NCBI GenBank assembly: GCA_965237675.1
Contig: OZ250150.1
Coordinates: 3,200,001 to 3,264,000 of the forward strand
DNA length: 64,000 nucleotides
Direction: 5' to 3'
Origin: Candidatus Latescibacterota bacterium
GTDB lineage: Bacteria; Latescibacterota; UBA2968; GCA-2709665
The position numbers and the translations under genes are program-made. The notes beneath the pieces were generated by a model that saw only the letters and a program-made list of their open reading frames with translations, did no database searches and was not told where the DNA came from. The number at the start of each line of letters is the position of its first letter. The stretch's first letter is position 1. This document shows positions 19,104 to 28,677 of this stretch, in pieces.

Positions 19104-21193
19104 GTGAACGATCGTATCGAATTGGCGCGGACGTGGGCGGGACGTTTACCGATGTGATTCTCGTTGACAACGACGGGCATATCTGGACGCACAAAATACC
19201 CTCCACGCCGCCGGATTTCGAGCGGGCGGTATTGAACGCCATTGGGCATCTGTTGCACGAGGCCGCCGTACCGGGCGCCTCGATTCGGGACGTCGCGCAC
19301 GGCACCACGGTGGCGACCAACGCCGTCCTGGAGCACCGCGGCGCGAGGACGGCGTTGATTACCACGCGGGGTTTTCGCGACGTACTGGAATTGCGGCGGG
19401 TCAGGGCGCCGCAGATGTACGACTTGTTCTTCGACAAACCCGAACCGCTCGTGGACCGTTACCTGCGGTTCGAGGTCACGGAGCGCATCGCCGCCGACGG
19501 TGAAGTGCTGATTCCCTTAGACAAAACCGAACTCGAGGCGGTCAAAGCGGCGCTGACGCTGGAACAGGTGGAGTCGATTGCGGTGTGTACCCTTCATTCC
19601 TACGCGTTTCCGCGCCACGAACGTGCCATAGAGGCGTTTCTCAGAGACGCGTTGCCGGAGGTGCCGGTGTCTCTATCGTCGGAGATTCTACCGGAACGAC
19701 GGGAGTACGAACGCACTGCGACCACGGTCCTGAACGCCTATGTGCGCCCGGTGATGGAGCGTTATCTCCGGGCGATGCGGCGTGGTCTGCGAGAGCGAGG
19801 GATTCAGGCGCCGCTTCTGATTATGCAGTCCGCGGGCGGCCTGACGCCGGAAGCCGATGCGGCCCGGCGGCCCGTATATATTCTGGAATCCGGCCCGGCG
19901 GCGGGGGTTTTTGCGGCGCGTTTCGCAGGAGAGCGGCTGGGTATCGAGGACCTTATCACATTCGATATGGGAGGGACGACGGCGAAGGCGTCGATCGTTG
20001 AAGGCGGGGAGATTTACTACAGCCCGGAATACGAGGTCGGCGCATCCGTATCGGCGGGAAACAGATTGGTGGGCGGGGGCGGCGAGTTGATCCGGGCGCC
20101 GAGTATTGATATCGCGGAGGTGGGATCCGGCGGGGGCAGCGTGGCCTACCTGGACCGGGCGGGCGGGTTGCGGGTCGGACCCAGAAGCGCGGGCGCGGTG
20201 CCGGGGCCGGCCTGTTACGGCCGCGGGGGAGGTGAACCTACCGTAACCGACGCCAATGTGGTGCTGGGATATATCCGGCCGGGTGAACTGGCCGACGGCG
20301 AGGTTTCCGTAGACCCCGAGGCCGCACGAAGGGTCGTGCAAGATCGGATCGCGAAACCTCTGGGCATGGATCTGCTTGAGGCCGCCGAGGGCATCCACCG
20401 GATTGCCAATGCCCGGTCCATGCGGGCGTTGCGTGCCGTGTCCACCGAGCGGGGACGTGACCCGAGGGCATTCTCCCTGATCGTATTCGGTGGATCAGGG
20501 CCGATCCACGCGGCTGGCCTTGCCATGGAGTTACTCAGTCCGAGAGTCATCGTTCCGCCGTTGCCAGGGTTGTTCAGCGCGCTGGGACTTCTGTTCTCGG
20601 GCGTGGAACACCACGAAGTGTTCAGCTGCCTTCTCTCGGGCGACGGCTTGAACGCCGCAGCGCTGGGCGGCATTCAGTCGGATCTGAAACAGAAGATGCT
20701 GGCCCGGTTCGAGGCGGAGGGCTATTCCTCCGGACAGGTGGTATTGAACGACAGCGTCGACGTGCGCTTCAGAGGCCAAGCTTCGGAGATCCGCATTGCT
20801 GTGTCTGAATTCCCTGCGACTGACGCGGGCGTTCGGGGAGTTTGCGAAGCATTCGAACAGGAGCACCGGCGGCTGTACGGCCATTCGTCCGAACCCGACA
20901 ACCCTGTTGAGGTGGTTGCCGTTCGCCTGATCGGCAAAGCTGCCCTGGGCGGCCGGAGCCGGCAAATAAGGGCCGCGCAGCGGGGGGGCCGGAAGATGTC
21001 TGGCCGTATGGCGTATTTCGGAAAGGCATGGGGATCGGTGGAGACGCCCGTAGTCGACCGGGCCGACCTGACGGAGCCCCGACACGGACCCCTTCTGATT
21101 GATGAGTACGACACCACGATTGTGGTGCCTCCGGAAATGCGCGTGTACCGCGATGCGCAGGACTACTTGGTACTGGAAGGAAACAGCACGTAG
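19100..21193 (+). CDS. hyuA: Hydantoinase/oxoprolinase subunit A (N-methylhydantoinase A-like)
   Basis: DVGGTFTD, HGTTVATNA, ESGPAAG, DMGGTT, SAGAVPGPACYG, PTVTDAN. Confidence 0.9.
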   Translation: MSERSYRIGADVGGTFTDVILVDNDGHIWTHKIPSTPPDFERAVLNAIGHLLHEAAVPGASIRDVAHGTTVATNAVLEHRGARTALITTRGFRDVLELRRVRAPQMYDLFFDKPEPLVDRYLRFEVTERIAADGEVLIPLDKTELEAVKAALTLEQVESIAVCTLHSYAFPRHERAIEAFLRDALPEVPVSLSSEILPERREYERTATTVLNAYVRPVMERYLRAMRRGLRERGIQAPLLIMQSAGGLTPEADAARRPVYILESGPAAGVFAARFAGERLGIEDLITFDMGGTTAKASIVEGGEIYYSPEYEVGASVSAGNRLVGGGGELIRAPSIDIAEVGSGGGSVAYLDRAGGLRVGPRSAGAVPGPACYGRGGGEPTVTDANVVLGYIRPGELADGEVSVDPEAARRVVQDRIAKPLGMDLLEAAEGIHRIANARSMRALRAVSTERGRDPRAFSLIVFGGSGPIHAAGLAMELLSPRVIVPPLPGLFSALGLLFSGVEHHEVFSCLLSGDGLNAAALGGIQSDLKQKMLARFEAEGYSSGQVVLNDSVDVRFRGQASEIRIAVSEFPATDAGVRGVCEAFEQEHRRLYGHSSEPDNPVEVVAVRLIGKAALGGRSRQIRAAQRGGRKMSGRMAYFGKAWGSVETPVVDRADLTEPRHGPLLIDEYDTTIVVPPEMRVYRDAQDYLVLEGNST

Positions 21194-21224
21194 CATTTGT
21201 CGGACGAGGGAGAGACATCGAACG

Positions 21225-22979
21225 ATGCCGGAAACCGATCCCATAACGCGCGAGATTATGCAGAACGCGCTTGCGGCTGTCGCCGACGAGATGAGCGCCG
21301 CGCTCTACCGCACGGCCTATTCCACCATTGTGCGCGACTGCCTGGACTATTCCACGTCGTTGTGCAACGCGGAAGGGCAGATGATTGCGCAGGGTGTCAC
21401 GATTCCGCTGCATCTGGGGTCGGTTCCGTATGCCATGGCCGCCCTGTTTGAACGCTACGGCGACGAGATTGACCCCGGTGACGTCTTTATTCTGAACGAT
21501 CCTTTCGACGGCGGGATGCATATCCCGGATATTTTTATTGTGCGGCCGATTTTCTGGGAAGGCGAGCGGGTGGCCTTTGCGGTGAGCACGGCGCATCACC
21601 TGGACCTGGGGGGACGGTTGCCCGGCAGTTCGGCGTGCGATAACACGGAGATCTTTCAGGAAGGGATTCGCATTCCGTGGTTGAAGCTCTATCGCCGGGG
21701 CGAACCGGACGAGTCCATTTTCGCCCTGATCCGGGCGAATGTGCGGGTGCCGCAGATGACGATCGGGGATATCAGGGCGCAGTTGGCAGCCTGCCACATC
21801 GGGGAGCGGGCGGTGCATTCGTTAATTGAACGATACGGCCTGGATACGATTGTGGCGTGCGCAGATGATCTGATCGACTATACGGAGCGGTTGGTACGCT
21901 CGGAGATTGCGTCCTGGCCCGATGGATCCCATACCTTCACCGATTATCTGGATAGCGATGGCGTGGGCGGCCCGAGGGTTCGAATTCGGGTGACAGTGAC
22001 CGTACGGGGGGATTCGCTCACCGCCGATTTTACGGGTACGGACCCGCAGGTGCGGGGGGCGGTCAACAGCACGCTCTCGTTTACGGCAGCCGTGGTGGCA
22101 CTGTGCGTGCGCGCCGTGATGCGGGAGGAGATTCCGAACACGGAAGGGATGTTCCGGCCGCTGGAGATCATCGCGCCCGAGGGAACGCTCGTGAATGTGC
22201 GGATGCCCGGCGCGTCGTCGATGCGCGGCGTGACGGGGTTTCGGATGGCGGACGCGGTCTTCGGGGCGCTGGCCGGGCTGCTCCCCGACCGGGTGCTGGC
22301 GGCGGGCGAGGGCGGCAATACGCTGGTGATAATCGGCGGCCAACGTCAGGACCGGTCGCCCTACGTTTACTATGAGTTGCTCTCCGGAACCTGGGGCGCA
22401 CGGCCGGATCGGGACGGGAACGACGGTTTGTGCAATCCGGCGAACGTGGCCAGCAATATTCCCATTGAACAGGCGGAATGCGAATACCCTGTCAGAATCG
22501 ACCGGTACGGGCTGGTTTGCGACAGCGGGGGTGCGGGACGATATCGGGGCGGGATGGCGATCGAGCGGGAGTGGACGCTGCTGTCGGGCGAGGCGCACCT
22601 GGCGATTCGGTCCGATCGAAGAGACCATCTGCCGTACGGATTGTATGGGGGCGGGCCGGCGACGGGATCGAACAACGTGCTTTATTTTAAAGATGGCAGT
22701 AGAGTGTTGCCGACGATGATTTCAACCACGATGTCGGCCGGTGAGCGAATCTACCACCGCCAGGCGGGTGGAGGCGGATGGGGCGATCCGATGGAACGGG
22801 ACCCCGCGGTCGTCGCGCGGGACGTGAAGAACGGGAAGGTGTCTGTGAAACAGGCGCGGGATCAGTACGGCGTGGTGTTGGACCCCGGGAACCTCACGGT
22901 GTGCGAGAGGGAAACCACGAACACGCGACAACGAATGGCGGCGCATGATGCCGGGCGGGATCGTCGGGATTCGGGTTGA
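21225..22979 (+). CDS. hyuB: Hydantoinase B/oxoprolinase family protein
   Basis: RTAYSTIVRD, LNDPFDGGMHIPD, HHLDLGG, DSGGAGRYRGG, GGGGWGDP. Confidence 0.9.
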   Translation: MPETDPITREIMQNALAAVADEMSAALYRTAYSTIVRDCLDYSTSLCNAEGQMIAQGVTIPLHLGSVPYAMAALFERYGDEIDPGDVFILNDPFDGGMHIPDIFIVRPIFWEGERVAFAVSTAHHLDLGGRLPGSSACDNTEIFQEGIRIPWLKLYRRGEPDESIFALIRANVRVPQMTIGDIRAQLAACHIGERAVHSLIERYGLDTIVACADDLIDYTERLVRSEIASWPDGSHTFTDYLDSDGVGGPRVRIRVTVTVRGDSLTADFTGTDPQVRGAVNSTLSFTAAVVALCVRAVMREEIPNTEGMFRPLEIIAPEGTLVNVRMPGASSMRGVTGFRMADAVFGALAGLLPDRVLAAGEGGNTLVIIGGQRQDRSPYVYYELLSGTWGARPDRDGNDGLCNPANVASNIPIEQAECEYPVRIDRYGLVCDSGGAGRYRGGMAIEREWTLLSGEAHLAIRSDRRDHLPYGLYGGGPATGSNNVLYFKDGSRVLPTMISTTMSAGERIYHRQAGGGGWGDPMERDPAVVARDVKNGKVSVKQARDQYGVVLDPGNLTVCERETTNTRQRMAAHDAGRDRRDSG

Positions 22980-23048
22980 CTGATAACGGAAAGCAGGATA
23001 TATTTTGGTAACTGGAATCTTCCCTGATATCAAAATCGGAGTTGGGCG

Positions 23049-23885
23049 ATGTCCTGGACGATAAGACGATTCGCTGTGTTGTTGATGTTGTTGGGCACGA
23101 CGGGCTGCGGCGCCTCGTTGTTGGAACTGTCGAAACGTGGAGACCTGCAGGCGGTAGAGCAGGCGTTGCAACGTGGAAGCAACGTGAATGCCAGGACGGT
23201 TCAGGGGCACAGCCCGTTGACTCTGGCGGCACGGGAGGGCCACCTGGCGGTCGTTCAGGCCCTGATTCAGGCCGGCGCGGATCCGGACGCTGTGGCGTGG
23301 TCATTAAGCACACATCCGCGCCCCCGTGCATTTCGCCACCAGGGGTCCGAACTTACGAGGGAACGTTTCGTGAACGCCGACAGTTCCGGGCCGCAGTCCA
23401 GGTTTATGGCCGAGCGTACCGAAATCGATGTGGTCTGGGTGCTGAAAGATGGGAAAACACCCCTGATGCTCGCCGCCGAAAGGGGTCACCTGGATGTGGT
23501 TGAAGCGCTGGTCGATAACGGCGCCGATGTGCGGTTGACAAGCGGCGGCTATTGGGCGCTCGACACAAAGCCTGATAGGGAGAACTTCGACTTTTCTGCT
23601 TACCCGAGTGTTCCCCAGCCTCGAGATCCTGGCGACGTCTCTGGCCATTTCCTTCAACACAGCCGCTATTATGGCCATGAATCTTATGAATACGGCGACT
23701 ACGTTGAAACGGAAGACGCCTCTGGCAAACTCTCCGCCAGTGCGTTTCATGGTTATCCCCGGCGGTTTTACGACTCGCCGGACAGAAAGACGGCACGGGA
23801 TCTGGCGTATGAGTACGGGCATGTGGACATCGTCGATTTTCTTCGAAAAGCCATCCGGAGGAGGCCTGCATCGAGTTCAAGATAG
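23049..23885 (+). CDS. Ankyrin-repeat lipoprotein
   Basis: Signal peptide with TTGC lipobox-like site. SPLTLAAREGH, TPLMLAAERGH and TARDLAYEYGH repeats. Confidence 0.85.
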   Translation: MSWTIRRFAVLLMLLGTTGCGASLLELSKRGDLQAVEQALQRGSNVNARTVQGHSPLTLAAREGHLAVVQALIQAGADPDAVAWSLSTHPRPRAFRHQGSELTRERFVNADSSGPQSRFMAERTEIDVVWVLKDGKTPLMLAAERGHLDVVEALVDNGADVRLTSGGYWALDTKPDRENFDFSAYPSVPQPRDPGDVSGHFLQHSRYYGHESYEYGDYVETEDASGKLSASAFHGYPRRFYDSPDRKTARDLAYEYGHVDIVDFLRKAIRRRPASSSR

Positions 23886-24005
23886 GACCCTGGAGTGGTC
23901 TTTTCCGTTGGAGATTCGGTCTCGTAAGATCTTTACCTTGCGAGGCCGTCTTGTTGATGTGGGTGAGTTGTGTCCATGGAGTTCATTATTACAGGGTTGT
24001 TGGTC

Positions 24006-24066
24006 TAACCATAATATAATACAATGACTTGAGTAAGGAAACTGCTTTTCTTGTGAATAATTCGGG
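24006..24066 (-). mobile_element. Isolated left-end remnant of an IS1380-family element
   Basis: Reverse complement matches 60140-60200 (left end of the intact IS) at 54/61 nt by manual alignment. Confidence 0.75.
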
Positions 24067-24196
24067 CTCGGTCAACGAAGCATGATAATGAAATTCACAC
24101 TTTTGATCTTACATCTGGCATGGAAGTGGACCCCGTCTTCGGTGTTTATCCAGGGCCGCAGGCAGTTCGTATATGGTCGGGGCGGTTGAGATACGG

Positions 24197-24224
24197 ATTG
24201 ACTTAAGGGACGAAGGGGGTATAT
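24197..24224 (+). promoter_or_regulatory. Putative sigma70 promoter for the second ankyrin gene
   Basis: TTGACT-16 nt-TATATT. Confidence 0.45.
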
Positions 24225-24273
24225 TCTCGATCAGAACGAGCAGTCAAAAAACGATTCGCAGCGGAGGCGGCCA

Positions 24274-24996
24274 ATGTCTCGAACGATCAAGCCATTTGCA
24301 TTTCTGTTGATCGTGATGGGTGTGGGGGGTTGCGGCGCCTCGTTGATGGAATTGTCACAGCGCGGAGACCTGCAAGCCGTGCAGCGGGCGTTGCACGATG
24401 GACACGACGTGAATGCCAGGACGGTTCAGGGGCAAAGCCCGCTGACGCTGGCGGCCAGGGAAGGGCACCTGGACGTAGTCCGGGCGTTGATTCAGGCCGG
24501 TGCGGAACTGGATGTCAGGGCCTGGACTATAGGCGCAAATTCGCGTACGCGCATCTACCGCCATCTGGCTCCAGAGCTTACCCGAGAGCGGTTCGTAAAT
24601 GTCGACAGTTCCGGACCTCAGTCCCTGTTCATGGCGCAGCGTTCCCGTGACCACGCCAACCTTGCGCTGAGAGACGGGAAAACGGCGCTGATGTTCGCCG
24701 CTGAGAGGGGGCACGTGGAGATCGTCAAAGCGCTGATCCAGGCAGGCGCGGACGTGCGTAAAAAAAGTGGCTCTACTCGAAGTCGTCTTTATGATCGTCG
24801 TGGACACGCCGGTGTCGACGCAAACAGCCGCACGCCTAAGAGGATCGGATATCTTAATCGTACGTATCCCCAACAGGTTCACGATTCGCCGGACAGAAAA
24901 ACCGCACAGGATTTGGCTTACGAGAATGGGCATATGGATATCGTGAATCTTCTAATAAAGGCCGACCTGCGGTTGCTTGAAGGGAGCAACAGGTAA
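24274..24996 (+). CDS. Ankyrin-repeat lipoprotein (paralog of 23049-23885)
   Basis: VGGC lipobox-like site and the same ankyrin blocks as the upstream paralog. Confidence 0.85.
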   Translation: MSRTIKPFAFLLIVMGVGGCGASLMELSQRGDLQAVQRALHDGHDVNARTVQGQSPLTLAAREGHLDVVRALIQAGAELDVRAWTIGANSRTRIYRHLAPELTRERFVNVDSSGPQSLFMAQRSRDHANLALRDGKTALMFAAERGHVEIVKALIQAGADVRKKSGSTRSRLYDRRGHAGVDANSRTPKRIGYLNRTYPQQVHDSPDRKTAQDLAYENGHMDIVNLLIKADLRLLEGSNR

Positions 24997-25115
24997 GTGC
25001 TTTCAGTATTGGTGCCAGGTGTCGGGACGGTCTCGTAATGGCGTTACCTTGCGAGACTGTTTTTTTACGTATGGGCGAGTTGGTTCCATCAGGTTCGCGA
25101 ATCGAAAGAAATACC

Positions 25116-26705
25116 ATGGATATGGTGATTTCGGGCGGGACGGTAGTTGACGGTACGGGTAGCCCGCCGGTCCGGGCCGACGTGGCCGTGGCCGACGGCC
25201 GGATCGTCGACGTCGGCCGGTTCCGGCGGCCGGAGGGCGTACCGTGTGTGGATGCGGCCGGCTGCTACGTGGCGCCCGGGTTTATCGATATTCACAGTCA
25301 TTCCGATTTCACCCTGGTCGTGGACCCGCGGGCGGTGAGTTCGGTCATGCAGGGCGTAACGCTCGAGGTGGTGGGGAATTGCGGGCATGGGTGCGCGCCG
25401 ATTGGCGACCCTGCGCGTGCCAGGTCGAACATATACGGGTGCAGGACCGGGCATGAGATTGACTGGCGTACCGTGGGCGAGTACCTGGATCGCCTGGAGG
25501 CGCAACGCCCGGCCGTAAATGTCATGACGCTGGTGCCCAACGGAAACCTGAGACTGGCGGTCTGCGAAGCCGTGGATCGCCCGTCCACGCCGGACGAACT
25601 CAGAAAGATGAAACGCCTGCTGGCGCAGGGGATGGAAGAGGGGTCCGTGGGGTATTCCACGGGCCTGGAATACGGTCCGGAGCGGGATTGTCCCGAAGAA
25701 GAGATCTCCGAGCTATGTGCGATCGCCGCGGAATACGGCGGGATCTACTCGACCCATACCCGCAACCGTATGGGCGAGGCGGAGGAGACCGTCGCCGAGG
25801 CGATTCGCACGGCCGAAACGGCCGACGCGCCCCTGCAGATCTCGCATATATCGTCCGTGGCCAGGCTCGCTGAAGACGGCCGGTGGGCGGTCGATCGGGC
25901 GCTAGAACAGGTGGACCGGGCGCGCAGGAGCGGGTTGGACGTGCAGTTCGATATGCACACGCGGCTTTTCGGGACCACCAACTTGAGCGCCGCTCTACCC
26001 CCGTGGGCGCTGGAGGGACGTTCAAAAGACATCGCGAGGCGGCTGCGGGATCCATCCTTACGCCGGGAGATGGAAAACTGCCGGAGTATCGTTTCCGCGC
26101 TGGCACGGGGCGACTGGAGTCGGATTGTTATCTTTCACTCGCCAGCGCAGCCGGAGCTTGCGGGGAAGAGTATTGCCGAACTGTCCGCCGCCGGAACCGG
26201 TAACGCCTTTGACGCAATCGCCGATATTCTGCTCGTTGGAATCGACTATCTGCACGAAATTATGGTGATCGCGTTCAGTTATTGCGAGGCGGACGTGCGG
26301 CCGGCATTCGAACACCCGTTCTGCATGGTCGGGTCCGACGCGACCGCGCTGGCCGCGGACGGCCCGTTGAAGGATAATACCTTCCACGGCGCCTATACGT
26401 GGGCATCCTGGTTTTTTCGGCATTTCGTCCGCGAACGGAAGTTGCTCAGCCCGCAGGAGGCCGTGCGCAGGTTGACAACTCTGCCGGCTTCGCGGCTGGG
26501 GTTGACCGACCGCGGTGTGATACGCAAACAGGCGCGGGCGGACCTGGCCATCTTCGATCCGAGCGTGTTTGCCGAGCGAGGCACGACGTTCGAGCCCAAT
26601 CGGACAGCCGCGGGTATGCGGCACGTGCTGGTCAACGGCGGCTTCACAGTAAGGGATGGCGATCTTACGGGACAGCGATTCGGCCAGGTGCTTCGCCGAG
26701 CCTGA
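25116..26705 (+). CDS. N-acyl-D-amino-acid deacylase (D-aminoacylase)
   Basis: APGFIDIHSHSD, GNCG, GYSTGLEY, QISH, VGSDA, RADLAIFDP. Confidence 0.88.
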   Translation: MDMVISGGTVVDGTGSPPVRADVAVADGRIVDVGRFRRPEGVPCVDAAGCYVAPGFIDIHSHSDFTLVVDPRAVSSVMQGVTLEVVGNCGHGCAPIGDPARARSNIYGCRTGHEIDWRTVGEYLDRLEAQRPAVNVMTLVPNGNLRLAVCEAVDRPSTPDELRKMKRLLAQGMEEGSVGYSTGLEYGPERDCPEEEISELCAIAAEYGGIYSTHTRNRMGEAEETVAEAIRTAETADAPLQISHISSVARLAEDGRWAVDRALEQVDRARRSGLDVQFDMHTRLFGTTNLSAALPPWALEGRSKDIARRLRDPSLRREMENCRSIVSALARGDWSRIVIFHSPAQPELAGKSIAELSAAGTGNAFDAIADILLVGIDYLHEIMVIAFSYCEADVRPAFEHPFCMVGSDATALAADGPLKDNTFHGAYTWASWFFRHFVRERKLLSPQEAVRRLTTLPASRLGLTDRGVIRKQARADLAIFDPSVFAERGTTFEPNRTAAGMRHVLVNGGFTVRDGDLTGQRFGQVLRRA

Positions 26706-26759
26706 CGGGCTTCAAACCGACATCGCGCTACTCCCGTATATTTCCCATGGAGGAGATTT

Positions 26760-27761
26760 ATGGAACGGAACCCGCTTTCAGGTCGGATAGTTTGGAGGTT
26801 CAGCGGCGACAATCCGGCGGTCGCGCCGGGTCAGCTGCACCCGGATATGGATAGTCGGCGCGCTGGCGCCGCGCATGTTGTGCAGGTCGGAGATCGATAC
26901 CGGATGTATTACTGGGGAACCGGAACGGATGGGTATCATCACATTCTGCTTGCCGAGAGCCACGTGGATGCGCCGAACGACTGGCGGCCGCTGGGCTCCG
27001 TGCTGGACCGGCAGCCCGGCACCGCGTATAACGATCAGGGGCCGGGGTTTCCGTTTGTGGTTCCGGGGGAAGACGGCCCGTGGCTCCTGTATTTCTGCGG
27101 GTGGGGCAAACCCAGGGCGGACGGCAAACTGCCCAATACCACGGGTGTGGCATTCAGCGATGACGGCGGATACCGGTTTGTTTGCCGGCAACGGCAACCG
27201 ATTTTGCCGATGGACCGGGACTGGGACCGCGAGGGAACCGGAAGCGTATTTGTCTTGCACGACGGCGACGGGTACCATATGTATTATACGGCCATCGGTG
27301 CCTATTTCGCCAGGCCCGAGGGCGCCAGGACGGGCCACGGGGATGTGATACCCCGTATAGGGGTCGGTTACGCGGTTTCGGCAGACGGGTTGATATGGAC
27401 CAAACCGCTGAATGGTCTGATGGTTAGACCAAGGGGTTTCGACACCGAACCCTACGAGTACATCTGTTCAAAGCCCTTCGTTTTGCGGGAACCTGAAGGT
27501 TACAGGATGTGGGTGAACACGTTTGGTACGGCCTATCGGATGAGGAGTCTGGTCGGATCCGACGGCCGGGACTGGCGATGGTGCAAAAGCGGATGCGATG
27601 GGGAGTTGGGTGTGGGCGCGCCGGGCGCGTTCGACGACAGACAGCGGTGTTACGTGAGTGTCGTAAAATGCGGCGACGAATATCGGTGTTGGTACACCGG
27701 CAACGGGTTCGGCGCAACGGGGATGGGTTACGCGGTGGGACGGGTTGAGAGTGAGCGATGA
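26760..27761 (+). CDS. Beta-propeller glycoside-hydrolase-like protein
   Basis: Repeated YRMYYW / YHMYYT / YRMWV / YRCWYTGNGFG blades and GVAFSDDG / GYAVSADG. Confidence 0.7.
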   Translation: MERNPLSGRIVWRFSGDNPAVAPGQLHPDMDSRRAGAAHVVQVGDRYRMYYWGTGTDGYHHILLAESHVDAPNDWRPLGSVLDRQPGTAYNDQGPGFPFVVPGEDGPWLLYFCGWGKPRADGKLPNTTGVAFSDDGGYRFVCRQRQPILPMDRDWDREGTGSVFVLHDGDGYHMYYTAIGAYFARPEGARTGHGDVIPRIGVGYAVSADGLIWTKPLNGLMVRPRGFDTEPYEYICSKPFVLREPEGYRMWVNTFGTAYRMRSLVGSDGRDWRWCKSGCDGELGVGAPGAFDDRQRCYVSVVKCGDEYRCWYTGNGFGATGMGYAVGRVESER

Positions 27762-27859
27762 TTGTGAATGGTCCGTTGGGGACCCGGCACGTCGCGTCCC
27801 TATCGCCGGCATGTTCGTTAGACCTTAATGTTCATTGCGTGTGATCGGGAGAACAGCAC

Positions 27860-28582
27860 ATGGAACTGGACGAGTCGAAACTGCGGCAGTACGAGCACGA
27901 TGGATATACAACGGTGGAACGGCTGATATCGACCGCTGAGGCGGCCGCGGTGCGGAAGCGGCTGATGGAATTGCTGGAGGGGGAGCACGACTGGCCGGAT
28001 CTGCATTTTCAGATATTGGATCCCGTGACGTTCCGCAACACAAGGGATGGGTTCGTGCCCATCGGCGTCCAGAGACCCGCCAAACAGGAGGCCGTCTTCC
28101 GGCAGATTGCAGACCACGTCAATTTACAGGGGGCGATGTCCCGGCTTATGGGGGGTCCGGTGAAGCGATTCACGGATCAGGCGTTAATCAAGAACCGGGC
28201 AATCGACGGCCAGTCGTTCTATCACCAGGATTCCTACTACTGGAAGATCCAGCCGAGACGAGGGTGCAATGCCTGGATCGCGCTGGATGAGGTGGGGGTG
28301 GACGCCAGCGCGTTGGGTATTCTACCCGGAACTCACAGGGACTGGAAACTGGCGACCCACGAGCGTTATTACGACGAGCCCAATTTTTACGCCGCGCGGT
28401 CGGGCGAAGCGTTCACCCGGTGGCGGATACCGACAGAGGGGCTGGACTTATCCGGGGAAGTGGTGTTGCCGATGCAGCCGGGGGACGCGGCTTTTTTCTC
28501 GAATTACACGTGGCATCGGTCAGAGGTGAACCGTTCGGGCGAGCACAAGACGGCCTACGCGATCGCGTATCAGTTGCGATAG
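27860..28582 (+). CDS. Phytanoyl-CoA dioxygenase (PhyH) family Fe(II)/2OG dioxygenase
   Basis: FYHQDSYYW HxD motif, WIALD, PGTH, WHRSEVNRS. Confidence 0.88.
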   Translation: MELDESKLRQYEHDGYTTVERLISTAEAAAVRKRLMELLEGEHDWPDLHFQILDPVTFRNTRDGFVPIGVQRPAKQEAVFRQIADHVNLQGAMSRLMGGPVKRFTDQALIKNRAIDGQSFYHQDSYYWKIQPRRGCNAWIALDEVGVDASALGILPGTHRDWKLATHERYYDEPNFYAARSGEAFTRWRIPTEGLDLSGEVVLPMQPGDAAFFSNYTWHRSEVNRSGEHKTAYAIAYQLR

Positions 28583-28677
28583 TCGCCGAAGACGGCGACG
28601 GTGGGAGCGGCGGAGTTGGCACATGCGCGGATAGAGATACGTCTGCATCCGTCATTGATAACACAGAGAGGGTCAGT

